Shown here one piece after another: positions 37,891 through 50,957 of a stretch of 64,000 nucleotides of DNA. The notes under the pieces were generated by a model. That model was not told the DNA's origin. It searched no databases and saw only the letters and a list, made by a program, of their open reading frames with translations. The position numbers and the translations under genes are program-made. The stretch is from NCBI GenBank assembly GCA_013239625.1, contig MU053881.1, positions 13,034,879-13,098,878 on the forward strand. The letters run 5' to 3'. Source of the stretch: Lama guanicoe. Lineage: Eukaryota. Each line of letters begins with the position of its first letter. Position 1 is the first letter of the stretch.

Positions 37891-40800
37891 TGATACAATA
37901 TGATTTTTTAGAAGAATGTGGTTTTTTAAGGTGGAAATTTCAAAATAAATTATTTTAATGTCCTATGCCATTAAAATATTGACTTTTAAGATTATGTCTT
38001 GGACTGTGCAATTTTCAGTGAAGAAGGAGGCTTCTACATCAGGTGAAAAAGAGAGTGGTATAAGATATATCATAAGTAATAATTAAATGAAGATGTTTGC
38101 TTGCAGAAACTGTTTACTTTTCTATTTTTCTGCTAATATTTACTGAAGTATTCATAGTAAGATAATATTCACTGTGATAAAATAAAGCTCTACTTAATAT
38201 AACCTAGAGAATTATTCAGACTTTAGCAAACATGGAGTCTTCATTTCTAACAGAAGTGTATTGATAACTGAACGTGATAGGTGATTTTCTATAAGGATTT
38301 ACAAATGGACTATTACCTGAAATTCATCAGAAGCAAGTGAGAAAATAGGATAAAAAGAAACAGGTATAGTATAACCTAGTTATTGCTTAGGGAATGCTTT
38401 TGTCTTGAAAAGAGTTTCTTCTAAGAGTCATGCAAATTATTTATAAAATAAATCTATGTAATCATTGTGTTTAGAAGAAATGGAGTATTTCCTTATTTTC
38501 TGCTTTTAGAGGGGGTTTGTTTAATAACTCTGTATGGCAAAGGAAGGAGTCCTGTTGTCAGGCTCAAAACTCAGCTCCCTACACAGGTTGTAGCTGCACA
38601 CTTTGGGTAGAAAAGGGTCCAAGGATAAAGCAAATGTCAGAAAAATCAAAAGATGCTAAATCAAAGACAGTAGCCAATAGAAGTGAAAATTGGTTTTATG
38701 TCCAGGAATTTAGAACCCAGGATAGTCAAAGGTTACACGAGGGTTTCAGAGAGTAAACCCGTAGAGCAGGCAGAACACTTAGAAATACTCGTGTCTGTAT
38801 TTTAGACTCTCCTCTAACAGAGGACATTTTGCTTATGAGTAGATACAAAGCCAGTTAATTCAGACAGTAACCCTGGAGGTAAGGCACCCCTTTTAAATTT
38901 CTCAGTCAGTCAATCTAGCAATCTGCCGTTCTGTATTAGAATACAATAAGACCCATGTGAGCCATAGATTACCACGTACCTCTCACTTAAATCTCTTTAA
39001 CCCCCAGTTTACTCATCTACAAAATAGAATGCTAATAATAGACTAAACTTACAGAGTTTTAGGAAAATTAAATGATGGTATACTTCCACAGTAGGCTTTA
39101 GTTTTTCATCTGACATATAAAGAAGCACTTCATAAACTTCAGCTCATTTGAAGTCCTGCCATATGCTTAGCTATGTTCCAAGTGTAACTGCTGTGAGTGC
39201 AGGAGGGGAGGAAATGCAAAATGCATTTATTAATTTGTGACCCAGTTAATCTATTGAAACAAGTTTCTACCCTATTCTAGCCTTTGAAGATGGAAAACTA
39301 ACAACAATAAAGTTCATATTCTCTGTGAAATTCTAGCGGTTCCTAGAGTCCAGTAGGATAAGGGACAATAGTAAGTATGAATGGGGTTAGCCCCTGCTCT
39401 CAATGGGGGCAACCGAACACTAGACCTATGGCATAGTCAGTGTTCAATAAAAGCTTATCAACATATAATGAAGAATGCCTGATTAATACACACACATACA
39501 CATACACACAACCAACAGCTGGAAATATCCAGATAAGCAGCAGAGGGATAAAAATAACAACGTGTATAGAGTTGAACTGAGTTAGGAGACAGTACCAATG
39601 GGCCATTTAATATACATGATTTGAACTAGGTATGAAATGGTATGAAAGTTATAAGAAATTATCGTGACCCTGCATTGCCTCCTAAACCCTGCTAATTCTG
39701 GGGAATATAAAAATAAGTTAGACTGCAGTCTCTGCCCTTAAGGTGTCTAAAGACACAGATATAAAAACAAAAGTTGGAAATACAGTGAGTGGATCACTGT
39801 GATAACACACACATCCATCCCTGTTTATCTCTCACGCTTATTACAATGCCTGGCACGTTGTAGATGTATCACAATTTTTTATGCATGAATACATGAGTGA
39901 GTTTTTTTTTAATTAACCTAACTAGCTAATTAAGAAAATAACTTAAAAAAAAAAAGATGAGAAATGCCTACCCTGTCTGCCAGGATTAGGAAAGAGTTTG
40001 ATACAGGAGGTGATGTTTCACCTGCGCTTGGTGGGTCAGCAGTGACTCACTGGTACCCTGTTGGGTCAGAAGGTTGAGTAGTCCTTGGTCAGCTTTGTAC
40101 TGTTTTTCACCTTCTCTCTAGGTGGTGGGTTGAGTATCAATGACCTATCAAAGCTGCTAAGAAGACACAATTTCCGCCCCTAAATATCTTACTAAAGATA
40201 GGTTTCATTCTTTGAACTGTGTCCTTCTGAAATTGAGGCATTTAAGCCTTCTGAAATGATCACCTTCTCTACTGCTAAGATTAAAGATGAGTTTATTGAT
40301 TGTCTTGGTGTAGCACAGCTGGTTGGTTTTGTTTTCTGCTGCTACAGTTTTTCTCCCTGGTTAACCATAATTGAAATTATAAATTGTCGTTTTGCCATCA
40401 GGAATGGGAGTTTAATCTCAGAGTGTGTTAGGAATCAACTCCTTTAGGCCTCAGGATACACTTAACAATGGGTGGTGGAATCAGTTATTCAGCCTCCTTA
40501 GAGTCATGCTTGATAACTTGTCATCCACCTGAGCCTGTGCGGTTAGGAAGATTTGTGCTTAGGGATGCTCCTGTTCCCAGTCCCAGCCCTTCTCCTCAAG
40601 CAGGTGACCTTGAAGGCTGCTCCTTTCTCAAGGAACATCTTCCTGGGCTAGACACTCAATCCATCATTCAGTTGTCACTGATTTACTTTCTTGGAGTGTC
40701 ATAATCATTGATATCCTCAAGCTTTAATTCCCTCATCTTACTGATAAACATATACTATGATTACACAAGAAAACTCAAGTGCAAAATATGCTTTCATTAC

Positions 40801-42407
40801 ATATGATTACAGAGTTTCGCCCACTTAACTTATATGCCAGTTTCTCAAATCCTCTCTACACCATCTCTTACATTCTGCTGTCCTTAATGACTCAAGTAAA
40901 ACTTTGATATATGCTTACTCTGCACTTGTAGGAAAATTATGTGTTTAGCAGTTTGAAAATTGCCCTTTCCTAGCTAGTATCTTTAGACGTTCTGGTTGAG
41001 TACACAAAGTTTTTCAAAGGAAATAACCAGTTGATATAAAAGATGAAGTCTCCACGTTTGTAATTTCACATTCACTTGGAAAAGTTATGATAGAAGAGTT
41101 AAGCATGATATTTAAAAAGTGTTGCTGAACATGAATTTAGTATATCGAGGGGTTTATTTATTCAGATCTTTGGTCGTGTTTGCATAATTGAAATAAAAAT
41201 TGTCCAGCTTCTAGATCACTTAGGGACAGACAGCAGTCTGATTACAGATTCGTATGCACACCTATCACCACCTGGCACCTATGCAATGTAGATATTTTGT
41301 AAATATTAGTGTTTTTTTTTAATTGTGAGATAGTGGTAAAAGTAGCTATAGCATTCTTATTCTGTGATCTTTCAGAAGAAACTTTATTTTAGTTGAGAGA
41401 ACAGTTTCTTCCGTTAAAATCAGCCATATAACAAATTAGAAACAAATGATCTGATGACTCCCCGATTCGAAGGCCATGTATGTCCCAGGCCTGTGGGACT
41501 GGCTGAGTCGAAGGTGTTGAACACACACAAATCACCCCCTTTGTTTGTCTCCCTGTAACCATATAGGCTACTCTGTTAAGTCACTTTTGAATTATGAGAG
41601 CAGTGAGCTCATTAATCATCACTGCACTTTCTGTGGAGAGGATCTGCTGATAGGCACATTCCTGGCTCAGCCAACTCAGTCACTGTCATCAACGCAGGGT
41701 CCCTGATTGCAGCCACTGCATCCTGAGGCAGGGGAACCAGCTGAAGCAACACAGGCAAGCCAGGGCAGTGGAGTCAAGGTCCGGAACATTGTGAAGTCAG
41801 GTGGGCAGTTGAGAGGGGAGTCTTCCACTTCCCTCTGGCCAGTCCCGCAGTTGGTGGAGGAGTGGAGAGTTTTACTTGCGTTCCTTTGCTTTTGTTCATT
41901 TCTAATGTTTTCTTTGTTACTCAAGAGTCTTTCCACTTTAGGTTATATGTCTACCTCAAAGCAGTTGAAATCAAAAAGGAAATTTATGTGCCCATTGAAC
42001 AAACAGCTCACAGGCCAACTCATCAAACGCACCTGGATTAGTGAGTGCAGGCAGTGTCAGCGGAGTTCTCTCTTTCTTAGTCTCTTAGCTGTCTTCTCAG
42101 GTGCATTCTTTTCATATGTCACTGATGTGCCTACAAATAGCCAGGAACCTCCATTATCCTCACAGCTTTTTATCTGAAATAGACACCGTTTTTACTGATA
42201 ACTGTGCTGAAAGTTTCAGGAAGAACTCTGGTCCAGTAAGAGAAGTGCACCCATCCTAGAACTATAATCCTGTGGCCAGTGGGCTGGAGCTCTTGTAAGC
42301 CCAGAACGTGTGCCTTACCCAAATCACATTTCCATAGAAGAAAATTCTAGAAGACACTCTATGCAGACTGCAGTACATAACACCAAAAAGATTTCAACCG
42401 CAATTTA

Positions 42408-42532
42408 GGGGGAGGATATAGCTCAAGTGGTAGAGCACGTGCTTAGCAAGCATGAAGCCCTAGGTTCAATGCCTAGTACTCCTCTAAAATAAATAAAAAT
42501 AGAAAACCTAATTACCTTCCCCAACTAAAAAA
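42408..42532 (+). mobile_element. tRNA-Ala-derived SINE (camelid vic-1 type) with long TSD
   Basis: GGGGGAGGATATAGCTCAAGTGGTAGAGCACGTGCTTAGCAAGCATGAAGCCCTAGGTTCAATGCCTAGTACTCC plus tail. TSD AAAAAGATTTCAACCGCAATTTA (42385-42407) / AAAAAGATTTCAACAGCAATTTA (42533-42555). Confidence 0.92.
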
Positions 42533-42829
42533 AAAAAGATTTCAACAGCAATTTAAATTTGAGAGGATATGACAAACTCTGGCTAAGGCAACTTCCCAAG
42601 GCATTTTGAAACAATCAGCATTTTCTAGTTTAAAGTATGTAAATATGTGTGTGTTGTATACATACATGTATTCGCACACATGCATGTACACACATGCACA
42701 GACACACATTGACCCATAGCATCACCTGGTGAATAGTAAGTATTTCATAAAATTTCATATTAATTTCTACAGAGGAATTGTGGGATCATGGTAAAAGAAA
42801 CTATAGTATTATTATTCTACAACTTGGAA

Positions 42830-42935
42830 AGAACCAGTTTTTTTACTTGTTAGTTGTGTGACTCTGGGCAAGTAATGTAACATCAGTAAGCCACCATTTC
42901 CTCATCTGTAAACTAGAAGTAATCATATCTGCCCT
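42830..42935 (+). mobile_element. MIR SINE fragment
   Basis: 'tagttgtgtgactctgggcaagtaatgtaacatc...tttcctcatctgtaaa'. Confidence 0.7.
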
Positions 42936-43744
42936 TTGTTACAAAATTCTTTTCCAACACAATTATATATAAATATGAGGTGATATTAAGTCTCTTTTTT
43001 TTTCCACAACATCTTGATCCGTCTTGATGCCCTGATCCTATGGGGCAGAGATGAATTTCTTACCCTTATTTTTTTTCATCTCCTCACTCAAATGGTCTCA
43101 GATGAGACCAAATGAAGATAAAAATAATTTGTGAACATTTAAACACATTGAAGTTATACGATGAGATGAAGTCAAAGAAGACAGAAGATGCTTTATTTGT
43201 CTTGTCTTCAGTTACTCTGAAAACTATGTAAGACTTTTACCTCGTTCTATGGAGATAAAAGATGTACTTCTGCCTTTCCAGAATGAAGCCAAGGCAAGGG
43301 TCCGAGGGAGATTTCTGGGAGTGAAGAAAGGAAAATGAGATCAGGGAGAGAAGGTTCTCGGGATGTCCATCCATATGAGTAAGCTCTGTATGGACTGAAG
43401 TGATGTAAACAGCTTATAAACTGTGGACCATGTAAGTAAGGCTGCCTCTCACACATTCAGTGCCTTTGTGGCATTAGAAAAAGCCATTTATCTGCCTGCT
43501 CAGTGCATATGAATTAGAACAGGCATCTCCTCTTGGTTTATACAGGCCTGCGAAATACAGGTTAGCTAGGAGTGTGGGGCCTGCATTTCATCTCTCATTC
43601 AATCTCTTTGTCATGTGATTGCAAAATCTGTTAAAATTTGTGTGAGTGCGTCTGATTGGCTAATAGCACACCTTCTTGTCTTCTTTGTGTAAAGAACGTA
43701 CATCTGTTTGCCCTCTTGATGTCACAGGAATAACAAAAGAGTTT

Positions 43745-44352
43745 TGTGTGGTAAAGAATTTAATCTTACCCAAGAGAGATCTGGATTTTACCCTAATTTC
43801 TAGGAGGTCATTTCTACACCCTTGGAGATTTTGATTTGCCCGGAGGCCAGTGTCATTCCAGGTAGTTTAATAATGTGATTTAGGCTTCGGGCTTTGGGTC
43901 ACGTGGCATCAGCTCACCTCTGGAGGGGCTGGAGAATGAGATCAGCCATGTGGGAGGTCAATCATACCAACACTTTGGAGCCCCAATAAAAGTTCCAGGC
44001 TCAAGGCTCTGGCAAGGCTTCTGGCCCTGGTTGGCCTCTTCACGTGCATGTTGTTACATGTCACTACTTGGAAAGTAGTATTATCCATGACTCCATGGGG
44101 AGAGAACAACTGGAAACTCTGCATTTGGAACTTTCTTGGACTCTGCACTTCCTTCTTGGCCTCTTCTCTTTCTAATTTTAACCTGTGTCATTTAGCTGTA
44201 ATCAACTGTAACTGTGAGCCCAACAGTTTTCAGTGAGTTCTGGGAGTCCTGGCTAATTTTTGAACCTCAAAGGGTCATCTTTGAGGCTCCCAAACTTGCC
44301 AGTGGCGTCAAAAATGAGGAGTCTTTTGAATTGTGCTCCCTCTAACTTAACA
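43745..44352 (+). mobile_element. ERV solo LTR (MER21C-like)
   Basis: 'tgtggtaaagaatttaatcttaccc...gagatcagccatgtggg...ccccaataaaa...cagtgagttctgggagtcct...aaacttgccagtggcgtcaaaaatgagg...ctctaacttaaca'. Confidence 0.7.
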
Positions 44353-44484
44353 GCTTTTAACCTTGAAAATGGCACCAGTGTGCATTTTTATGGCTTATTT
44401 GCTCCAGCCCTTCTCTTACTTTCCTCCTATGTTGCCCCATTCTCTAAACTTGACGCACATAGGAACATATATATATATTTTCTA

Positions 44485-44865
44485 AGAGTTAGCTTAATGC
44501 TCGCTTTTGTAATAAATAACCTTCTAAATGTATAATGGCTTTAACACATGAGGAATTTACTTCTCATTTTTTTTTTAAATTTCAAAATGGTATCAATGAC
44601 GTGAAATTTGTCCATCTTCAACATCTTCCAGTATCCCTGTGCTCATTTATCAAGTCAGCAGAAATGTAGAGGGGACAGCATATGGGAAATTTTTAATGGT
44701 CCAGGCCTGAAAGGAGCACTCATCACTTCTGATCACATAACTGAATGGAACTGAAGCCTGTGCTGACACCCAGCTGGAAGGTAGTCTAGGGCACGAGGTG
44801 CATCTGTGTGTCCCGGAAAAAGAGGAAAGGGATGGGTGAACAGCTAGCCACTGTCTGCCTCCCAC
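44485..44865 (-). mobile_element. Old MaLR LTR (MLT1K/L-like)
   Basis: 'ggtccaggcctgaaaggagcactcatcacttctgatcacat...ctgtgtgtcccggaaaaagaggaaa'. Confidence 0.55.
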
Positions 44866-45134
44866 ATCCACACTTATACTTTCTCTTCTCCAGTCCCCTC
44901 AGGTCCCTCAGGCTGTCAGTAGTTAATGTGATAAGTGGTGTAATGGTAATGTGTTAATTGGTGAGTAAGTCTTAATCCTATATTACACATTTGTAACACT
45001 ATAACGTCTCAACCCATCAAAGTGAACATTTTTAGAAATTTGAGCCACCCAGATTTTGTGATCACTCTGTCTCCAAGCTGGGGAAAACGCTGTCATCCTG
45101 CTCATAAGAATGAAGCCTAAAATGTAACAAGTAT

Positions 45135-45619
45135 TGTCAACATAAAGGAAAGCACACAACATGGGAGTTGTGAGGTTAAGTTTTTTTTTTTTTTAGGGTA
45201 TTACTGAGGACTGTAGCTCAGGAGACAGCCACTCAAAAGCTCTGAGTAAACTGTTCCCAAGAGGTAGAGGAAAAGCCAGTATATATATGAATTTGGGGGG
45301 CTAGAAAATACATGTAGTCAAACATATATCTTGATAAAATACTACCACTAATCACAAAGAACAGGTATCTCAGGTTAATGATTTTAGTGCTTTGCTCTGT
45401 ATGGGAAGATGCAAAAATCTGGGGTTATTGAAATTCTTCCTGAGATGTGCATCTAACTCTCTAGGGGCCCATTTATCCAAAGCACAGAGTGCCTCATCCT
45501 ATTTTTTCTACCTAAAATCCTTTCAGGATGAATTGTCAGTGGGCTACTGTAGTGGGTTTTGACTTAACCCTTGTATGACTGGTTGAAGAACAACACTCCT
45601 TGTTTGTTGTTTGTTCACA
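45135..45619 (-). mobile_element. ERV1-class solo LTR (artiodactyl-type)
   Basis: TGTCAAC...GTTCACA ends, with GTAT/CTAT as a near-TSD. Internal 'ttactgaggactgtagctcaggagacagcc...ctctgagtaaactg' and 'gttaatgattttagtgcttt...atgggaagatgcaa'. Confidence 0.7.
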
Positions 45620-45897
45620 CTATATAATAACTAACTTTTAGTGAGTGCCCATAGTGGGAAAGGCATCGTTTTAAGAATTTTGTATGCATTATTTCATTTA
45701 CTCTTCACAACAACCCTAAATAAAAGATATTAGCTGGGAATTATTGGTGCCGGAACACCAGTCAGTGTAGTTTGACTCAAAAACCTAGCCAGTGTAACTC
45801 TGAAACTTACAATTTAATGAAGTGGCCTGTGGGAATTCAGCTACCCCAGCTTTTCTCCACGTTAGAGAAATTCTGTATTTTTGTTGTACGTGCATAC

Positions 45898-46453
45898 TGT
45901 AGGGGAGCAAATTTTGCCATCCCAGACTGTGTCTCTTTAGCATGAGGATTTATTTAGGCGGATTATAAGAAATTTAAGACTCAGTAAGTCTTTCTTTTTA
46001 CCTCTCCTCAGCTACCTAGAGAATTTAGATAAAAGTTCTGTCCCAGGAATTGAGCTATTACTAGAGATTTCCACAAAAATGTGGGCAAACGTCAGGGGGG
46101 GGAACTCAGCAAGGCCTAGAGATAAGAATCCACTCTGTGGCCTACTGTCCCTGTGTGGCCCAGCAGATCTTTATTTACCAAAGATTTGCTTTTCCATCTC
46201 CATGTGAGTTGCCTTCCTCCTCTTTGAGGTCCCAAACCACCACCCCTCTTTTGTCCTTAGCTGTAGATGGTATTTAAAGTGAGAACTTTGGCCATTTTGG
46301 TGAGTAACTCAGTTTGCCTGAGACTCTTCCATGTGTTCATATTATTAAATTTTTTTGTTTGATTTCCTCCTGTTAATCTGCCTCGTGCTGATTTAATTCC
46401 TAGACCAGCCAGAGAGCCTAGAAGGGTAGAGGAGAATTTCTTCCTCCCCGACA
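45898..46453 (+). mobile_element. ERV1 solo LTR (MER34-like) with perfect 4-bp TSD
   Basis: Inverted ends TGTAGGGGA...TCCCCGACA. ATAC on both sides (45894-45897, 46454-46457). TATTTAAA at ~46271 and ATTAAA at ~46344. Confidence 0.88.
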
Positions 46454-47602
46454 ATACCATGCGTTAGGCACAGTGTTCAGCTGCCTCCTCAGCTTCCATT
46501 CCCCTGTGGTTGTCTCTTCTCTCCTGCATATCCCACATCCTTTCAGTTCCCCTACCTCAAGTGCCACCTGCTCTCCTGAAAATGAAACGTAGCATTTACC
46601 ATTTATATTAAGTAATGCTATTAATAGTAAATATTAATGGTAAATGCTCAGCAGTGTCCTGGAAAACAAATATAAAATGACAGCTCCACACTGTGTCTGA
46701 GTTTCACTCTTCTGTTTCCCTCTGCAAATCTGGGGACAATTCAGAATTCTGGGGAGAAAAGCTGTTGATGGAAAATGCTGCTTCCACTTTCTGACCTTTA
46801 GAAGACTCCCGAAGTACTTCTCTCCTGAGCAACAAAAAATGTAAAATAAAGCAACCGCACAGTTCCCGAGGGAGAAAGAGGAATATTATCATGCCTAGCC
46901 TGTCATCATTATCATCACCAAATAGTGTTTGCTGAGCTTCCAGGAGCATGAGACAGTGGGGTGGTTAAATTGGCATCTTTTCCTCTTCCCGAGAGCTGGC
47001 AGTTTAAATAGAAACTGAGCAGCAAAGACAAACATATACAAGGTCAGGCTGAGACCAACATTCACACATTAGCATACTCATTAAAATAGAATGGAGCTCA
47101 TTATAATTCAATGAGAACGGGGAAGCAGCAAGATGTAATTTGAAAATGTGCTAAACTAGGAGTCAGGGGGCTTTGCAGCCTGCCAGGGGTATGGCTTTGG
47201 GCACATGAGCTCACCACCCCTGAGGTTGAAATGTTTCTTGGGAAGGCTTGGGAAGGCGAACCAAAACAGACTCTGCAGTCGTAAAACCACAGGATTTCTG
47301 TAAATGTGACAAAGTGACTTCAGCACTCTGGACCAACTTGTCCTCCTTGTGAAATGAAAGGCTCTCGGTTTCTAAAATGGAAGAAACTGAGGCCGAGGAA
47401 AGGCAAGTTCTTGCTGAAACATCATTTGATTGGAAGGAACAGAGGCCAAACAAAATTAAGGACGTAGGGAAGTATAAGGAATGGAATTACAAAAAGTTAG
47501 CCTCAGAGACGTGGGAAGAGCAGTCTGCTCACTCTCCTGTGTCTTCTCCCCTTATCAGGCAGTAGGAGCATTTGTCTCATATATGTAATATTGTATGTGT
47601 GT

Positions 47603-47627
47603 ACACACACACACACACACACACACA
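47603..47627. repeat. (CA)n microsatellite
   Basis: Read directly, ~12 units. Confidence 0.9.
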
Positions 47628-47749
47628 TTCAGGAAGTATTTATTTGAGTGCCAGGCACAGTTGTGTATATTTAGGACCCTGTGGTGCACATGAGAAGAAT
47701 GTAAACCCTGGCGGTTGAATATTCTCTCTCTGACGTAGGCTTTGATCAC

Positions 47750-48162
47750 CCAGGCATCCACTTCAAAGATGGCTGTTTTAAATAAACCCAGTGCCAGTCA
47801 CAGGACTAGATACAGAGCCAGGCCTCTTACTCTCTCCCGAAGCCTCCCTCCCCACCCCCAGCTCCTTTGTTTCAGAGGCCTTGGTTGGTTTGGGTAACTA
47901 ACTTGTTTTTCCCTCTGGGGCCCCCACACTCATCTCCAATAAAAGCAGAACCCAAGGCACATACTCTCTCTCTCCACCCATGACCTCTCTCTGTGACCCC
48001 AGGTATGCCATGTAATTTGTAGGACTTGTAAGTAATAACTACCTTTTTTTTTCCCCCTCAAATTTTTCTAGATAGCTGGAGGGTGTCTTTCAATCATAAT
48101 AAGAACCACAAGAGCTGATCCAGCCACAACATTGGTCATTGATAGGCCAAGACTGGCACAAA
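47750..48162 (+). mobile_element. ERV LTR-like element (ERVL/MER73-MER74-related)
   Basis: LTR-like layout: 'aataaaagcagaacccaagg', CT-rich R-like region, 'ggacttgtaagtaataac', ending 'ctggcaca'. Confidence 0.45.
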
Positions 48163-48570
48163 GCAATGAGCAGTAAGTTTCCCCTTTTCGTGGAGCATTT
48201 ATTCCAGGAAACGAGGGGAAAGAGATGATGAACAATTAAATACACAGGAAAATATCAGATTAAAAGGGAGTGTCAAAGAGAGGATTAAAACAGGATCATG
48301 TTACAGTGAGTTATTAGATTCCTTCTTATAGTCAGGAGTCAGAGACTACCTCTTTGCACACTTAGTATTTTAAGGGGTAAGCGCTAAGTAGTGGAAAGGG
48401 AGAAGCTGAAGATGCAGGAGAAATAGAAGTCAACTGGGAATAAAATCCCTGAGATGATGATGGGGGTTCTCTGCACAACGCAGCAGCCCCTACATGGGGC
48501 CCTTAGTTTTTGTCCCAGTGTATTAGGCCACCTGAGTAGCTAATCTGTATCCACTTCCAGACTACCTCCC

Positions 48571-48575
48571 TACGT

Positions 48576-48615
<40 letters not shown>

Positions 48616-48640
48616 ACGTGCATATATACATATGTACATA
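48571..48640. repeat. (CA)n-centred 70-bp perfect alternating pyrimidine/purine tract
   Basis: tacgtacata(ca)n cgtacgtgcatatatacatatgtacata, with no break in Y/R alternation. Confidence 0.9.
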
Positions 48641-49456
48641 AATAAAAGAAGATCTGATTTTTACAAATTGGCTGCAGTATAGCAGGGTCTTTGCACTTCA
48701 AAACAAACAGGCAAGACCATGTGGCTTCTTACTGGTTATCTGTGACACATCTGTATTTTATGTTAAGCATCCAGCTCCTAGTCAGTGAGGGGCAGAGGAC
48801 AAACTAAAAGACAGCCACGTTTGTCCAGACAGTATATTCTCCTTGGTGCAGTGATTTATATACAATATTTTAAACAAGATAAGAATCGATTTGGGAACTA
48901 GACCTGAATTCAGATTAAACACTGGCCAGAATAATTATGCAGTGCAGTTATGAACAATCTGTACTGTTTTCCCCTACCCCGACTACTTGAGCAAATAATA
49001 TGAGTCCTTGGGTGATTCTTTCAACTCTTGAGAATGTTGAAATGTCCTCAAGTTATGAATTTTCAATTATTTCGTTTGAGCCCTGATCTCAAAAGCTATT
49101 ACGTGTGTCGCTCAAAAGCCTTTCCTCTGTGGTGGTCGCCACCAATGATACCTTCTGTATCTTCAGTTGACTGCAGGTGCCATCATGGTTCTTTAAAATA
49201 TTTTTAAGATGACTATGGTATGTGATCGGAAACACTGTCTCAAAGACACAAAAGTCTCAGAATTCCATCTGTTCTGCTTTCTCATTATTATTTCTAATTA
49301 TTATTTCTAATATTTCTAATTATTATTATTTCTAATATTATGTCAGAGGCATAATATTAACTATTTCTTCTTCCATTAGTGTGAATATTGCTATAACAAT
49401 TTAATTCCTACATCAGCTTGACCCTACTCTGAGGGAGCTGCGTGCCTTGAACTCAC

Positions 49457-49479
49457 CAGGAAGTGTCAAACACATAGAA
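49457..49479 (-). other. Candidate 23-nt micro-exon
   Basis: Minus strand: tgcattctctttcacAG|TTCTATGTGTTTGACACTTCCTG|GTGAGT. Both sites are near consensus. Confidence 0.25.
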
Positions 49480-50957
49480 CTGTGAAAGAGAATGCATAAT
49501 AATATATTTTAGACTACTGCTCCCTTTATATAGTAAACTCTTCCTGTTTCTATCAGGAATGGCCTGAGAATGGGGGAAGTGATTATATATAAGGCTACGC
49601 TTTCCGGGTAGCACACAGGCAGGACTTTAAAAAGGGGATACTCGTGGGGAGAACATGGCAGGCACAGGAAGTTCACTGTGTACTTTTTTATATGGCCTAA
49701 TGTAGCTAAGTGATTAGAAAATTCATAATCCCAGAAATCGTCTTATCTCGTGCTAGATTTTGCTATTACAATTTGAATTCTCAACAGGAAATTTTGTCAG
49801 ACTGTGAAGACACCTGAGCTTATCCCTATGTTTACTAATATAAAGTGATACCTGGTTGGGAGTTGGTAATTAATCAAGGGGTTCTGGGGCAGGGGGGTCA
49901 GTTTGGAGGGAAAAGAATGCATTGGGAGGGGATGAAGCTGAACGAGCGGCTGACGTGGGGACACTGAAGGACTCCGCTCACTTCACAGTTGGGAACTGAG
50001 CCAACTCTGCACCAAACTCGGGGATTCTGAGCAGTAACCTTCCTGTTTGTGTGAGAAAATTATAAGCAGCAAGATTCTTCCTCCAAAGAAATTAGAGTCT
50101 AGGGACCATCTGATGAGAGTGGAGAATCTAAGTCCCGAGGGTTGGCAGGAGCAGACAAGTTAGCATCTCATTTTCCACCAGGGCTAATTAAGCCAGAGCT
50201 TGCTGCTCCTCATCTCGAAGCCACCTGCCTGTTGAGCCTGAGGCTCGTTGGTTGTGCTTTACACTCGGCTTCTCTTCGGCAAGGAGTCACTTGCCCCCTT
50301 GAAACTGATGGGCTGGGACAGGTTCCAATGGGGCTAAGAGCTTGTATGTGAGAGAATCCTTTCCTGAGGGTGCTGGTTCCATCAAGATGCAGAAATCCAG
50401 CTGCAAACAGGGCAAGAAAGGATACTAAAGGCAAATTCAATGTGTCATTTCAGGAGACCACACTATCCTCTGATGACAGTAATCACTAAGGTTTATGAAT
50501 GCTTAAGTAATGTGAACAAAACACTGTACTAGGAGTTTTACATTCATAATTTTACTTAACCCTCACAGCCATCTCATGACATGAGAATTTCCACCGTTTC
50601 ACAGAGTAGGAATGTGTTCACAGAGCTAGAAAGTTGTAACCTGAATTCAAACCCAAATCAGTTTGAGCCCAAAGCCAATGTGATGTCTGGTACAGTATAT
50701 GATCTTGGAATAATTACATATTAAAAGTCCTTTTTCTCAGTTCTTTTTAATCTCAGATACAATGGCTTTTTTTCTCCTAATCAGTTTCCAGCTAATGGTA
50801 AATAGATGATATTTAAGAACTAGTAAATCCACTCTATCAAGCCTATATAATATATAATATATATTATATATATCACATTGCATATATATATATAATAGAT
50901 ATGTTATATATCAAGTTATACATATTATGCTTAACATAGTATATATTTGATATGCAT

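Noticed and set aside
41676..42177. 156-aa ORF with a hydrophobic stretch
   Set aside because: Non-ATG start, no recognisable homology, no convincing splice sites. The hydrophobic part comes from a T-rich run.
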